Below, piece after piece: positions 50,840-60,196 of a stretch of 64,000 nt of DNA (position 1 is its first letter; every line of letters starts with the position of its first letter). The notes beneath the pieces were generated by a model, which made no database searches, had not been told where the DNA came from, and worked only from the letters and a program-made list of their open reading frames with translations. Both the position numbers and the translations under genes were made by a program. Origin of the DNA: Acidimicrobiales bacterium (GTDB taxonomy: Bacteria; Actinomycetota; Acidimicrobiia; Acidimicrobiales; Bog-793); the NCBI GenBank assembly GCA_050015475.1, contig JBEKBI010000010.1:11455-75454 (forward strand), in the 5' to 3' direction.

Positions 50840-52108
50840 GTGAGCGACACAGAGTTGCTAGATCTGGAAACGGGTTCGATCGCGGCCGGCGGCGGGTGCG
50901 TCGCTCGGGCCGACGACGGTCGCGTGGTCTTTGTGAGGCACTCCCTGCCCGGGGAGCGCGTGCTCGCCTCCGTCACGGAGGAGACCAAGTCATATCTGAG
51001 GGCTGACGCGCTGGAGGTGGTTCGGGCGTCTGACGACCGCGTGGCACCTCCTTGCCCGTATGCGGGCCCAGGGCGATGTGGCGGCTGCGACTGGCAACAC
51101 ATCGGGCTTCCTGTGCAACGGAGCCTGAAAGTGAGTCTTGTGGCAGAGCAACTTCGCCGGCTGGCGGGCATCGAGTGGTCCGGCACCGTCGAAGAGGTAC
51201 CTGGCGCAGCGGGCGGGCTCGGGTGGAGGACCCGCGTGAGGTTCACCGTCGATGAAAGCGGCCAGGTGGGACTCCATCGGTATCGCTCCCACTCAGTCCA
51301 AGTAGTTGACGGCTGCCTCATCGCTTCTTCGGCGGTCGAGGCGCTCGGGGTCGAGCGACTGAAGTGGCCCGGCGTACAGGACATCGAGGTCTTCGCGTCC
51401 TCCGCGACCGGCCAGTCCGTCCTGTCTGTGAGCGTCCGTGGACGCCGGATTGGGCATCTCCCGGACATCGAGACCGGCGTGGTCGTGAACGGACGGGTCT
51501 TACGCGACCCCGACCATTTGTCGTTCGAGGTCCTCGGGCGACGCTACGAGGTAGGTGCCGGAGTCTTCTGGCAAGTGCATCCCGGCGCCACCGAGGCTCT
51601 CGGCCGGGCCGTCCTGGGCAGCCTTGAGGCGAGGCCTGGAGACCATATTGCCGACCTCTATGCGGGCGCCGGATTGTTCACAGGGCTCCTCGGATCCACA
51701 GTGGGTCCGAAAGGCTCTGTGCTCGCTGTGGAAAGGGACCGGTGGGCCTGCGCGGATGCCGCCCGAAACACCGCCGACTTGCCTCAAGTTGAGATACTGA
51801 AGACAGCCGTAACGCCGGGCCTTGTGCAACGAGCTCTCGGCAAGGCCGACCTCGTCTTGTTGGATCCTTCTCGCGAGGGTGCGGGCCGCCCCGTCATGAG
51901 CGCCATTGCCGCTCTAGAGCCCAGCCCACGACGACTCGTCTATGTCTCTTGTGACCCTGCCTCCTTCGCCCGTGATCTTCGTGTTCTGCTGGACGCGCGA
52001 TGGACTCTGAGCTCCCTAGATGCCTTTGACCTCTTCCCGATGACTTACCACGTCGAGTTGGTTGCCACCCTCGATCCACTTCAGGGCACTGGCGCGATCG
52101 CCTTCTGA
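50840..52108 (+). CDS. 23S rRNA (uracil-C5)-methyltransferase RlmD/RumA-like (TRAM + Fe-S + SAM MTase)
   Basis: TRAM-like N-terminus, Cys cluster CPYAGPGRCGGCDWQH, FWQVHPGA, DLYAGAGLF, DPSREGAG and YVSCDPASFARD. Confidence 0.85.
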   Translation: MSDTELLDLETGSIAAGGGCVARADDGRVVFVRHSLPGERVLASVTEETKSYLRADALEVVRASDDRVAPPCPYAGPGRCGGCDWQHIGLPVQRSLKVSLVAEQLRRLAGIEWSGTVEEVPGAAGGLGWRTRVRFTVDESGQVGLHRYRSHSVQVVDGCLIASSAVEALGVERLKWPGVQDIEVFASSATGQSVLSVSVRGRRIGHLPDIETGVVVNGRVLRDPDHLSFEVLGRRYEVGAGVFWQVHPGATEALGRAVLGSLEARPGDHIADLYAGAGLFTGLLGSTVGPKGSVLAVERDRWACADAARNTADLPQVEILKTAVTPGLVQRALGKADLVLLDPSREGAGRPVMSAIAALEPSPRRLVYVSCDPASFARDLRVLLDARWTLSSLDAFDLFPMTYHVELVATLDPLQGTGAIAF

Positions 52109-52208
52109 TTGCAGGGCTGTCCGGCGACCCGACATCTTGACGATGCCCACCGCCCTGCCGGTTCTTGGCCGGAGCACAGGACGCTGGTGACGACCTCAGC
52201 GGCTGAGA

Positions 52209-52355
52209 TCACCGCTTGGTCGAAGAAGGCTGCTGGGCGCGGCGGCGGTCCTCACCGCTGCGGCGCTCCGGTAGGGAGCGGCCCGTATCGGGGTCGAAGC
52301 GTCCCAGGTTGAGCTGCCGCCGGTCGCTCGTCGCCCTCCTGTCGGGCTCCGTCAT
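52209..52355 (-). CDS. Candidate small ORF (48 aa, Arg-rich) not in the ORF track
   Basis: ATG 3 nt after GGGGGAGGGA. Translation MTEPDRRATSDRRQLNLGRFDPDTGRSLPERRSGEDRRRAQQPSSTKR. Third positions are mostly G/C. Confidence 0.35.
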   Translation of the reverse strand: MTEPDRRATSDRRQLNLGRFDPDTGRSLPERRSGEDRRRAQQPSSTKR

Positions 52356-52529
52356 GGTTCCCTCCCCCACGGAGATACTGGGCTGAGGTTTACACCCACA
52401 GACCAGAAGCGGCCATTATCCCATCGCGTTGCCGCGCAATCGGCGCGGCGGACCCGGGTAGCAGTCGGCCAGGAAACGCGACGACGGACCAGTGGCCCTT
52501 CGCCCACGCCCCGATGCCGAATGTCCCGA

Positions 52530-53681
52530 TTATGCAGTGACTTCTGGCGGCCCCTCGCCAGCGCGGCGCGCAGCCGGGCGAAGCGGTGAAATTGTTGGTA
52601 TCGGGTGTCGCCGAGGCCCAGACCACAGCGTCGGTGGCGCGTCCACCGCCCGGGCGATGGCATACGCCGCGGCCTCGTAGTTCACGCGCCAACCCGCAAA
52701 ATCGAGCCAGGCCTCCTCGCTCACGCGCTCGTGAGGGAAGTCCACGCTCGCGAGTCGGTTGATGGCGTCGACAAATTCCTCGTATGTGAGGGTGATGCCC
52801 GCGTCGAGGTCTGCCTCCTCCGGGATCGGGAAGCCGAGGGCACGCGCAATGGTCGCCAAGCACGTGAATCCGCCCCGAAGACAAAGGCGGGCGAGGACCG
52901 CGTCGGGGGCGTCGGGCACGAGCGAGAGGTAGAGGGCGGCCGCGTCCAGCACCGCCAGCTGGGCAGTCACCCAAGACGAGAGCGGTCTGGGCGAGCGGAA
53001 ATTGACTAGGGCAAGGTACGTCGCGTGGCTCTCAGCCACGTCGGCCGACCATCGCTCCCACTCCTGAAATAGTTCTGGAAGCTCGCCCATGGCTGAGACG
53101 CCAGAGCCCAAGCCGTAATGGGTGCGAGCCAGCAACTCGGGGCCCCAGGAAGGAACCCCGGCTCGAGAGTCCAACATCGTCACGAGCGCCTCGCGTCGGT
53201 TGAAGGCGGCGTAGAGCGTGGGCAGGTATCCGATCTGCAGGGCCACTGTGCTCAAGCCGACGAGGGACGCCATGTCGGCCAATGCTCTTGGCGCGCCGTT
53301 GTGAGGCGCCAGGTAGCCCAGCGTACAGAGCGAGGACCCGGCCAGCTCGAAGGCGCCGGACAGCCCGACGGAGCCGACGAAGGGCCAGAAGAGCAAGGCG
53401 AAACCGACCTCGAAGACCCCTAGCCAGACCACGATCTGCAGGATGAGTTGAATCGGAGCTTGGGCGGCCAGAATCCGGTCGCGAGGCTCGTAGGAGTTGA
53501 AGCGGTCGGCGACGAAATGGAATGCCGTGTCAACGGTCACCCCGACCGCCCGAGGAAGCCAACTGCGGACCCGGCGTGGCACGACCACGGTGCCGATCAC
53601 GCTCCACCCGGCGGCGAGTATCAGCAGCGCTCCCACCGCCGCTGCCAAGTCCTGGCCGACAGCCATGACCCAGCATCTCAC
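52530..53681 (-). CDS. Hypothetical membrane protein with pore-loop-like segment and a ~200-aa cytoplasmic C-domain
   Basis: Two to three N-terminal TM helices flank FELAGSSLCTLGYLAP, reminiscent of a degenerate K+-channel P-loop (T-x-G-Y). No family recognised. The start may be the ATG at 53666. Confidence 0.6.
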   Translation of the reverse strand: MRCWVMAVGQDLAAAVGALLILAAGWSVIGTVVVPRRVRSWLPRAVGVTVDTAFHFVADRFNSYEPRDRILAAQAPIQLILQIVVWLGVFEVGFALLFWPFVGSVGLSGAFELAGSSLCTLGYLAPHNGAPRALADMASLVGLSTVALQIGYLPTLYAAFNRREALVTMLDSRAGVPSWGPELLARTHYGLGSGVSAMGELPELFQEWERWSADVAESHATYLALVNFRSPRPLSSWVTAQLAVLDAAALYLSLVPDAPDAVLARLCLRGGFTCLATIARALGFPIPEEADLDAGITLTYEEFVDAINRLASVDFPHERVSEEAWLDFAGWRVNYEAAAYAIARAVDAPPTLWSGPRRHPIPTISPLRPAARRAGEGPPEVTA

Positions 53682-53852
53682 GAGCAGTCCTCCTCGTGGC
53701 GGACGGGGCGGACCTCGACATCAGCCGGCAGCTCGAATCCGAGTCGACGCCCGGGTGCTCGACGACAGAAGCGTCAACTCAGATGGCGCCTAGCCGGCCG
53801 ACGGTCTCCAGGCGTAGGTGTATGGAGCCATCGGGGCCGAACATAACTTCGC

Positions 53853-54605
53853 TCAAGATCGTCCCCTCCCGATCTCGAAGCCGACATAGCCTTGCGCACA
53901 CGCGCCGGGTCCGATCTCGCGGACTTCGTCCAGGGCACGGCCTTCGCCGGGAATCACGACGTTCGACGAGACCAAGGTCCCCGTCGCAGAAATGAGCCCG
54001 AAAAGACCCGCCGCGCTCTGGACGCTGTGCGACCCAGTGCGACCGGCGCACATCCGCACGTTCGCGGCGGCGTATTCGCTGCCGGACTTCGGGCCGACAA
54101 GATCCCCGGTGTGCTTCACGTATGAAAGCGATGTGACAGTGACGCTCGCGATGCCGCGAAGCGAAGCCTCGCCTGGTTGGGGAAGTGTGGCTTCGCTTCC
54201 CAAACGCAAGATCCCGGTCACATTAGGTTCCCGGCTCGAGACGATCGTCCGCCCCGAGGACCCGAACCCGGCTGGAATGAGCAGAGCGGTGAAGAGCAGG
54301 CCGACAGCTCCAATGAGTGTTCCCGCGGTGGCGATACCGCGACCGCTCTCAAGACCTCCGGACCGCTTCACCTCTCGCCGCGCGATGAGGCCGAAGATGA
54401 TCGCCAGGATCGAACCGATCCCCACTAGGTACAAGATGGCCAGCACCAGCGAAGCGATCGCGAGACCATTGGTCTTCGAAGCGCCCGGATGCGTGTCCCC
54501 CCAAGAGGGCTGGCGCGGCCCCAGTCCTGCTGGCTGCATGTCCGGCGGATACCAGTTGCCGTCCGACGCCTGCCACCAGGTCGACCCATGCTCGGTGTCG
54601 CTCAC
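53853..54605 (-). CDS. Membrane protein with DUF4190-like TM hairpin and DUF4352-like extracytoplasmic domain
   Basis: N-terminus WWQASDGNWYPPD, TM hairpin NGLAIASLVLAILYLVGIGSILAIIFGLIARRE ... GIATAGTLIGAVGLLFTALL, and a beta-rich C-terminal domain. Confidence 0.65.
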   Translation of the reverse strand: MSDTEHGSTWWQASDGNWYPPDMQPAGLGPRQPSWGDTHPGASKTNGLAIASLVLAILYLVGIGSILAIIFGLIARREVKRSGGLESGRGIATAGTLIGAVGLLFTALLIPAGFGSSGRTIVSSREPNVTGILRLGSEATLPQPGEASLRGIASVTVTSLSYVKHTGDLVGPKSGSEYAAANVRMCAGRTGSHSVQSAAGLFGLISATGTLVSSNVVIPGEGRALDEVREIGPGACAQGYVGFEIGRGRS

Positions 54606-54688
54606 CTGCCTGCTCCTGTCCTGTCGGGGCGAAGAAAGGCTACGTCAGCGGCGAGTGGACTGCCGGGCGCGGCTTGCGGCAGCTGGTG

Positions 54689-55405
54689 CTACCGGGTGTC
54701 CACGACCTGAAAGGCTTCGGCGAGCTGACCTTCAGGCAGGCCCATCGCGGCCGCCGTCGATGATCCCCATGCGCGGATCATCTCCTCGAGGTGCTCCGAT
54801 CCCGCCAGCTGGGTTTGGTGGCATTCCAAGGCCGCGATCTTGCGCCCAAAGGTCGCGGTGATGTCAACGGCGTGGGTCGAGTGCGGCGAAGCCATGAGCC
54901 AAACCTCATCGACGGTATGAGGCTCGAGACCGGCCGCGAGGAGCTCGGGGTGCGCGTACGGGTTCCGCGCGTCGGGATAGACCGCTTGCACAGTCGCCTC
55001 CCCAGCCGCGAGGTGGTCCGGGTGGCTGGCGTGGATACGCTCCCAGCTGCGCTCGGGCGACTGGCAGACGACGCGTTCGGGCCTCACGATGCGGATGACT
55101 CGGGCGATGTCCCTACGCAGCTGCAGCGACACCTCAAGGGAGCCGTCTGGATATCCGAGGAAGTGAACCTCCCTCACTCCGACTATGGCGGCTGCGTTCC
55201 GCTGCTCGACCTGCCGGATCTCGGCGAGAGCTCGCGTGTCAACGCCGCGTTTTGCGCTCCCAGCCGACCCGTCGGTGACGATGCAGTACGAGACCTCGAT
55301 CCCCTGGCTGGTCCAGGACGCGATCGAGCCCGCCGCCCCGAAATCGACGTCGTCGGGATGCGCCGTGACGACGAGGATCCGAGAAGGATCAGCGGAATCG
55401 GTCAC
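54689..55405 (-). CDS. PIG-L/LmbE family deacetylase (MshB/Mca-like)
   Basis: ILVVTAHPDDVDFGAAG and HPDH motifs. GTGA overlap with the upstream gene. Confidence 0.85.
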   Translation of the reverse strand: MTDSADPSRILVVTAHPDDVDFGAAGSIASWTSQGIEVSYCIVTDGSAGSAKRGVDTRALAEIRQVEQRNAAAIVGVREVHFLGYPDGSLEVSLQLRRDIARVIRIVRPERVVCQSPERSWERIHASHPDHLAAGEATVQAVYPDARNPYAHPELLAAGLEPHTVDEVWLMASPHSTHAVDITATFGRKIAALECHQTQLAGSEHLEEMIRAWGSSTAAAMGLPEGQLAEAFQVVDTR

Positions 55406-55821
55406 GCGACGGCGCGCCTCAAGATGACGGCCGGGATGACCCGCGTCGTCTTCGCCTGGTACTCAGCGAACCCTGGGTAGCGTTCGGACTGGACCGCGTA
55501 GAGGCGGTCCCTCGCCTCACGTGGAGCGACTTCGGCGTCGACCTCGAAGGTTTCCGTCCCCACCTCCACAGTCGCCCGGGGGTGTGCCACAAGGTTGTGG
55601 TACCAGTCGGGATTGGTCGGCGCGCCGGCCTTGGACGCGAAGACCACGTATCTGTCGCCGTCCGCCAAGTACATCATCGGCGTCGTATACGTCTTGCCGG
55701 TCCGGGCGCCGGTGTGCGTCAAAAGCAGCACGGGCGCTCCTTCGAACTGCCCGCCCACCTTGCCGCCGGCAGAACGGAACTCCTCGATGATCTTCTGGTT
55801 CCAGTCGTTGTAGTCAGTCAT
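55402..55821 (-). CDS. Deazaflavin (F420)-dependent nitroreductase (Ddn) family protein
   Basis: WNQKIIEEFRSAGGKVGGQFEGAPVLLLTHTGARTGKTYTTPMMY ... FASKAGAPTNPDWYHNL. Start at the internal ATG (MTDYNDW). Confidence 0.85.
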   Translation of the reverse strand: MTDYNDWNQKIIEEFRSAGGKVGGQFEGAPVLLLTHTGARTGKTYTTPMMYLADGDRYVVFASKAGAPTNPDWYHNLVAHPRATVEVGTETFEVDAEVAPREARDRLYAVQSERYPGFAEYQAKTTRVIPAVILRRAVA

Positions 55822-56087
55822 GATCCCTCCCGCCACGTGCGATATGTCAGCCCTCTCGACGATACCGGTCTCGTGCGTCCGACCCGGCTGAAGGTGCCGA
55901 GACCCGCTCCGGCGACCGTGCCGCGAACGCATGCTCCCGGCGTACGATTGCTCGCGATCGCAAGCAGGACAGGGCTCTCCTGCTACACTGCAGTTGTCCG
56001 GTCGGTTGACCGGTTTCCGGCTATCGCCGGTGAGGCCTCGAGACGATGTTCTGGTTGGCCTTCTTTTTCGAGCTGACTGGAGTCTCC

Positions 56088-57566
56088 TTGTCCCCCACCT
56101 TTGCCGATCTCGGCGTGCCCGCCGACGTCATAGCGCTGCTTGCGCGCGACGGCATAACGAGTCCGTTCCCCATACAGGCAGCCACGCTCCCCGACGCGCT
56201 CGCAGGCCGCGACGTCTCTGGGCGCGCGCCTACGGGATCGGGAAAGACCCTCGCCTTCGCTATCACCCTCGTCCAAGGTCTCGGCGGAGGTTCAGGTTCG
56301 AAAGCCCGCCGGCCGAGAGGGCTCGTCCTCGTACCGACCCGCGAGCTGGCGGCTCAGGTTTGCGGCGTGGTCGGCCCGCTGGCGAAAGCCCGTGGGCTGA
56401 GTGTCGCCGCCGTTTACGGCGGAACCGGCTACGGCCCGCAGCTGCGCGCGCTCCGCGAAGCCGTTGACATCCTCGTGGCCTGCCCCGGCAGGCTGGAAGA
56501 CCTCATCGAGAGGCGGGACGTGAGCCTGCAGGACGTCAGCATCGTTGTCGTCGACGAGGCGGACCGCATGGCGGACATGGGCTTCCTCCCGGCGGTAAAG
56601 CGCATCCTCGACCAGGCCGCCAGAGACCGCCAGGTCCTGCTGTTCTCGGCCACCCTCGACGGTGAGGTCGACGTCCTCGTGCGCCGCTACCAGCGGAACC
56701 CTGTGCGCCACGAGGTCGCGCCGGAGCACACGAGCTCAGGCGACGTGCGCCACCTCTTCTGGAAGGTTGACCGGAACGACCGAGTCGCCCAGGCCATCAA
56801 GATCGCGTCGGGCCATGAAACCTCGATCATCTTCTGTCGTACCCGCCACGGCGTCGATCGCCTCTGCCGCCAGTTCCTAAATGCCGGGGTCCATGTCGTT
56901 GCCTTGCACGGCAGCCGCACACAGGCCCAGAGAGACCGCGCCCTGAAGTCCTTCCACTCCGGGGAGACCCGTGTGCTTGTCGCAACGGACGTCGCCGCGC
57001 GCGGCATCGACGTGGAGAACGTTGCGTGCGTGCTCCATTTCGATCCGCCGAGCGACCACAAGGACTACGTCCACCGCTCAGGGCGCACGGGGCGCGCCGG
57101 AGCCGACGGCACGGTCATCTCTCTCGTCGCCTCCGACCAGGCCGCCGCGGCCCGCTCGATGCAGCGGACCCTCGGGCTTCCCCAGACCCTCGAGCAGCCG
57201 GTCAGCCTGCCGCCGGTCGCCTTCCGTTCGAAGAAGGCTGCGAGTCACGCTGTGCGCGCATCAAAGCCAGTCGTCGAGAATCGCTCAGCTCGCGCGGCCC
57301 GTCCAGTTCGCGCAGGCCACCTGCAGCCCTCGAAACGGAACGACGGCGGACGGCGCTCGCTGCGTCCGGCCACGGGCACGCTCAAGTGGTTCGATCCCGT
57401 CCGAGGGTTCGGGTTCATTGCCCCCGACTCCGGCGGTCGTGACGTCTTCGTCCACAGGAGCGCTCTCAATGAAATCGATCAAGTACCTGTAGAAGGCTCC
57501 CGCGTCGAGTTCCTGTCACGGCCCGGCCCGAAGGGGCTCGAAGCCGTGGAGCTGCGCGCCAGCTGA
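56088..57566 (+). CDS. DEAD-box RNA helicase with C-terminal cold-shock domain
   Basis: Q-motif FADLGV...GITSPFPIQ, Walker A APTGSGKT, VVDEAD, SAT and HRSGRTGRAG. The last ~65 aa are GTLKWFDPVRGFGFIAPDSGGRDVFVHRSAL (RNP1/RNP2-like CSD). TTG 56088 after GGAG is the preferred start; ATG 56046 is also possible. Confidence 0.88.
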   Translation: MSPTFADLGVPADVIALLARDGITSPFPIQAATLPDALAGRDVSGRAPTGSGKTLAFAITLVQGLGGGSGSKARRPRGLVLVPTRELAAQVCGVVGPLAKARGLSVAAVYGGTGYGPQLRALREAVDILVACPGRLEDLIERRDVSLQDVSIVVVDEADRMADMGFLPAVKRILDQAARDRQVLLFSATLDGEVDVLVRRYQRNPVRHEVAPEHTSSGDVRHLFWKVDRNDRVAQAIKIASGHETSIIFCRTRHGVDRLCRQFLNAGVHVVALHGSRTQAQRDRALKSFHSGETRVLVATDVAARGIDVENVACVLHFDPPSDHKDYVHRSGRTGRAGADGTVISLVASDQAAAARSMQRTLGLPQTLEQPVSLPPVAFRSKKAASHAVRASKPVVENRSARAARPVRAGHLQPSKRNDGGRRSLRPATGTLKWFDPVRGFGFIAPDSGGRDVFVHRSALNEIDQVPVEGSRVEFLSRPGPKGLEAVELRAS

Positions 57567-57895
57567 GAGCGCGGTTGCGGGGAACCTCGAGGGACTTCCA
57601 GCAGGTGTCCGTCAGGGGCCTCCCCTCCCCCACCCGTCGTACTCCTGGAAAGGACCTGGTGTGCGGTGACCGGTGTCGAACAGCTAAGAAGTCAAGCGAT
57701 AAAAGGCGATTCCCTTCGCGGGAAAGATTCGGAGCCCTTTCTCCGGCGAGTCGCAGTGAGACCTGCTGCCCGCCAAAGGTGACCGTGTGAGCCCTGCGGA
57801 TGGCCGCGCCCGAGCCGTCGGAGCGGCCTCGCCAGGCTGGCCCTGGCGGCCTGCGTTTCCGCCTCCCCCGTTCCAGCCTGTAGTTTGACCGGAGC

Positions 57896-59614
57896 ATGTC
57901 CAACCGTCTCGATATTGAACTGACCAGCATCCGTAGCGATGGGACCTACACCTGGCGAGCCGCAGGCGCGCGACAGCCCAAGGGAGTCATCGACTCGAGC
58001 GTCCTTCCCGGCCCCGCAAAGGTCGGAGATGTGCTGCGCGCTGAGGCCGAGATCGAGATCGACGGGATCACGATCCTGTCCGTGTTGCCGCCCAAAGAGA
58101 AGGCGAAGCCGCAGGGACGGATCGAGCTAATCGGCTCGACGAAGCCGGTTCCCGCCGTGACGACGGTTCTCGTCTCTGAAGGAGGCCGTGGCCGAGGCGG
58201 CGACCGTCGCGACCTGTTGGACAGCCCCCGTCGTGGGGACAAGAACTCATCCCGAGACCGCCGACCGGGTCGTGGAGGAGAGAGCCAAGTTCAGCGCCGC
58301 CCGGGATCAGAAGCGGCGCCCTCCGCCCGTCCGCCTCGCAGTGGCGCGGGTCGTCCGCCCCGTGCAACTGGAAGCGAGCGGCCGACTGAACGCCGACCGC
58401 GACCAGAAGGGACTACACCGGAGAGACCGGCGCGCACAGGCGAACGCCGTCCCCGCAGCTCGGGCCCCGACGCAACTACCCCAGCCGCGCCTGGTGGCGA
58501 GGGCGGGCGCCCCGCCGGCCGTCAATCCGCTCCGCGCAGGACCCCTCAGCGCTTCGAGCCGGGGACCGCGAATCGCGACCTGTTGCTCGCGAGCCTTCCT
58601 CCCGAGCAGCGCCCCATCGCGGAACGCCTTGCCGCAGGCGGCATCCCGGCCGTCCGGCGGGCGATCGCCACCGAGCAAGAGCGCGCCCGCTCCGAGAGCC
58701 GCCCGGATGTCAACGCCGAGGCGATCTTCGCTCTGGCAGAACAGCTGGCGCCCGCGGTCAAACAAGCCATCTGGCTGGACCGAGCCGAGGCCGCGGTCGC
58801 AAAGCTCGATCAAATTTCGCTGCGGGACCTGCGCACGACGGTCGTCGCGGCAGCCGCACGGGACGAGGCAAGCCGGGAGCTCGAGCGCAAGCTACGCGAA
58901 GAGCTCGAGAAGCGGGTGAACAAGCTCCGCACCAACTGGGAGGAGCAGATCGTCCACGCTCTCGAGGAAGGCCGTGTTCTCCAAGCGCTGCGTTTGTCTG
59001 CCCAGCCCCCGGAGCCGACGGCGCGTTTCCCGGCGTCACTCGTCGATCGGCTCGCCACGAGCGCGGGCTCGGCGATGAGCCCGACGGTCCCGACAGAACG
59101 ATGGCTGGCGCTGTTGGAGGTCGCGGTCACGTCGCCCATTCGCCGGCAGATCCACCCGGCCGGCCTGCCCGAGGATCCCACCGGTGAGGTCCTGCGAAAA
59201 GCGAGGGAAGCCGCCGGCAGTCTCCCGGCTCTGGCGCCGATGTTGGGCCTATCCATGCCGCCGCCGCCGAAGCCGATTCACCCCGCGCACCCGTCGCGGC
59301 CCGTGCACTCCTCGCGCCCGACACGCCCGCCGCGCCCGGCCGCAGGCGCGCCGCGGCGAGCCGAGGCCCAAAACGCCGAGCCAAGTGCTCCGGAAACGCC
59401 TTCCCAGGCCACCTTGCCGGCGCCTGAGAGCGCCGAGGCCGTTAGCGCGAGCGAGGAGGCGGCACGTCCCGCCTCCATGGCTTCACAGGGCTGTCAGGGC
59501 CTTGTAACGGCTGCGGTCGACGCTGCCAACGACGCACCCGAGGAGATGGCCTCCGAGGCTCCGCCGAACGAGGTCGGACTCGACGTGAGCTTCGCCGAAG
59601 AGCCCGAGTCCTAA
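57896..59614 (+). CDS. Hypothetical protein: small N-terminal beta-rich domain, RG/P-rich disordered region, helical C-terminal region
   Basis: Long ORF with a coding-like GC3 pattern. No family recognised. The GGAG is only 1 nt from the ATG, so the start is uncertain. Confidence 0.6.
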   Translation: MSNRLDIELTSIRSDGTYTWRAAGARQPKGVIDSSVLPGPAKVGDVLRAEAEIEIDGITILSVLPPKEKAKPQGRIELIGSTKPVPAVTTVLVSEGGRGRGGDRRDLLDSPRRGDKNSSRDRRPGRGGESQVQRRPGSEAAPSARPPRSGAGRPPRATGSERPTERRPRPEGTTPERPARTGERRPRSSGPDATTPAAPGGEGGRPAGRQSAPRRTPQRFEPGTANRDLLLASLPPEQRPIAERLAAGGIPAVRRAIATEQERARSESRPDVNAEAIFALAEQLAPAVKQAIWLDRAEAAVAKLDQISLRDLRTTVVAAAARDEASRELERKLREELEKRVNKLRTNWEEQIVHALEEGRVLQALRLSAQPPEPTARFPASLVDRLATSAGSAMSPTVPTERWLALLEVAVTSPIRRQIHPAGLPEDPTGEVLRKAREAAGSLPALAPMLGLSMPPPPKPIHPAHPSRPVHSSRPTRPPRPAAGAPRRAEAQNAEPSAPETPSQATLPAPESAEAVSASEEAARPASMASQGCQGLVTAAVDAANDAPEEMASEAPPNEVGLDVSFAEEPES

Positions 59615-59631
59615 GACCAGGCCTGAGATCG

Positions 59632-60153
59632 TCATCTGGGCCGGGCAGTCCGCCCCTTGGACTCCCGGCTGGTCGCGCGCTCGACGCCAGTCGTGCTTCC
59701 CGCGCCCGTTGGCATCGCACTCAGTTGGGTGATGCGGTGAAGCACTGTTCGCCGCCCGCGACCCGCCAACTCGTGGCGCCGTACGGTCTCGAGATCCTCA
59801 GCCGACAGGCCCGCCAAGGCCGCGATCGCTGCTGAGGCGGAAAGGGTGTCGTAGTCCGGGACGGGAAAGCCACGACCTAGCGGACTTGCCGGGCTGCCTG
59901 CCTGGAGCGTGCCCGGCCTAGGCGAGTCTGTCTCGGCTCGTGACCGCTCGGACGCGGAACTGGCCACCGGCGGGGCCATGCGGCGCCAAGCTTCCCGTAC
60001 GGCGAACCTGCCGACGACACGGGCCACCTCGATCCTGCTTCGAAGCCGCTCAGCGATCCGGGGCGCCTGTTCGACGGCCACGATGGCGGCGCCCAAAGGG
60101 GCGTAGATCAGGTAGTCGAGCAGGATTTCATCGTCAGTGCGTTCTTCGACCAC
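59632..60153 (-). CDS. Conserved hypothetical protein
   Basis: N-terminus DYLIYAPLGAAIVAVE. C-terminus VPDYDTLSASAAIAALAGLSAEDLETVRRHELAGRGRRTVLHRITQL, a helix-hairpin (Rho-N/SAP-like) motif that I recall from actinobacterial proteins annotated as lipid-droplet-associated. Assignment unverified. Confidence 0.55.
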   Translation of the reverse strand: MVEERTDDEILLDYLIYAPLGAAIVAVEQAPRIAERLRSRIEVARVVGRFAVREAWRRMAPPVASSASERSRAETDSPRPGTLQAGSPASPLGRGFPVPDYDTLSASAAIAALAGLSAEDLETVRRHELAGRGRRTVLHRITQLSAMPTGAGSTTGVERATSRESKGRTARPR

Positions 60154-60196
60154 ACCTCGACGCTACCGCCCTTTGCGCGATCCGACCCGCTCTTTG

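Noticed and set aside
57567-57895. 329-nt spacer with a C-rich tract (GGGGCCTCCCCTCCCCCACCC) that could be a 6C-type sRNA or another ncRNA.
   Set aside because: I could not fold two C-loop hairpins as expected for 6C RNA and recognised no other Rfam-type core. It is more likely the 5' UTR or promoter region of the 572-aa ORF. Left unassigned.
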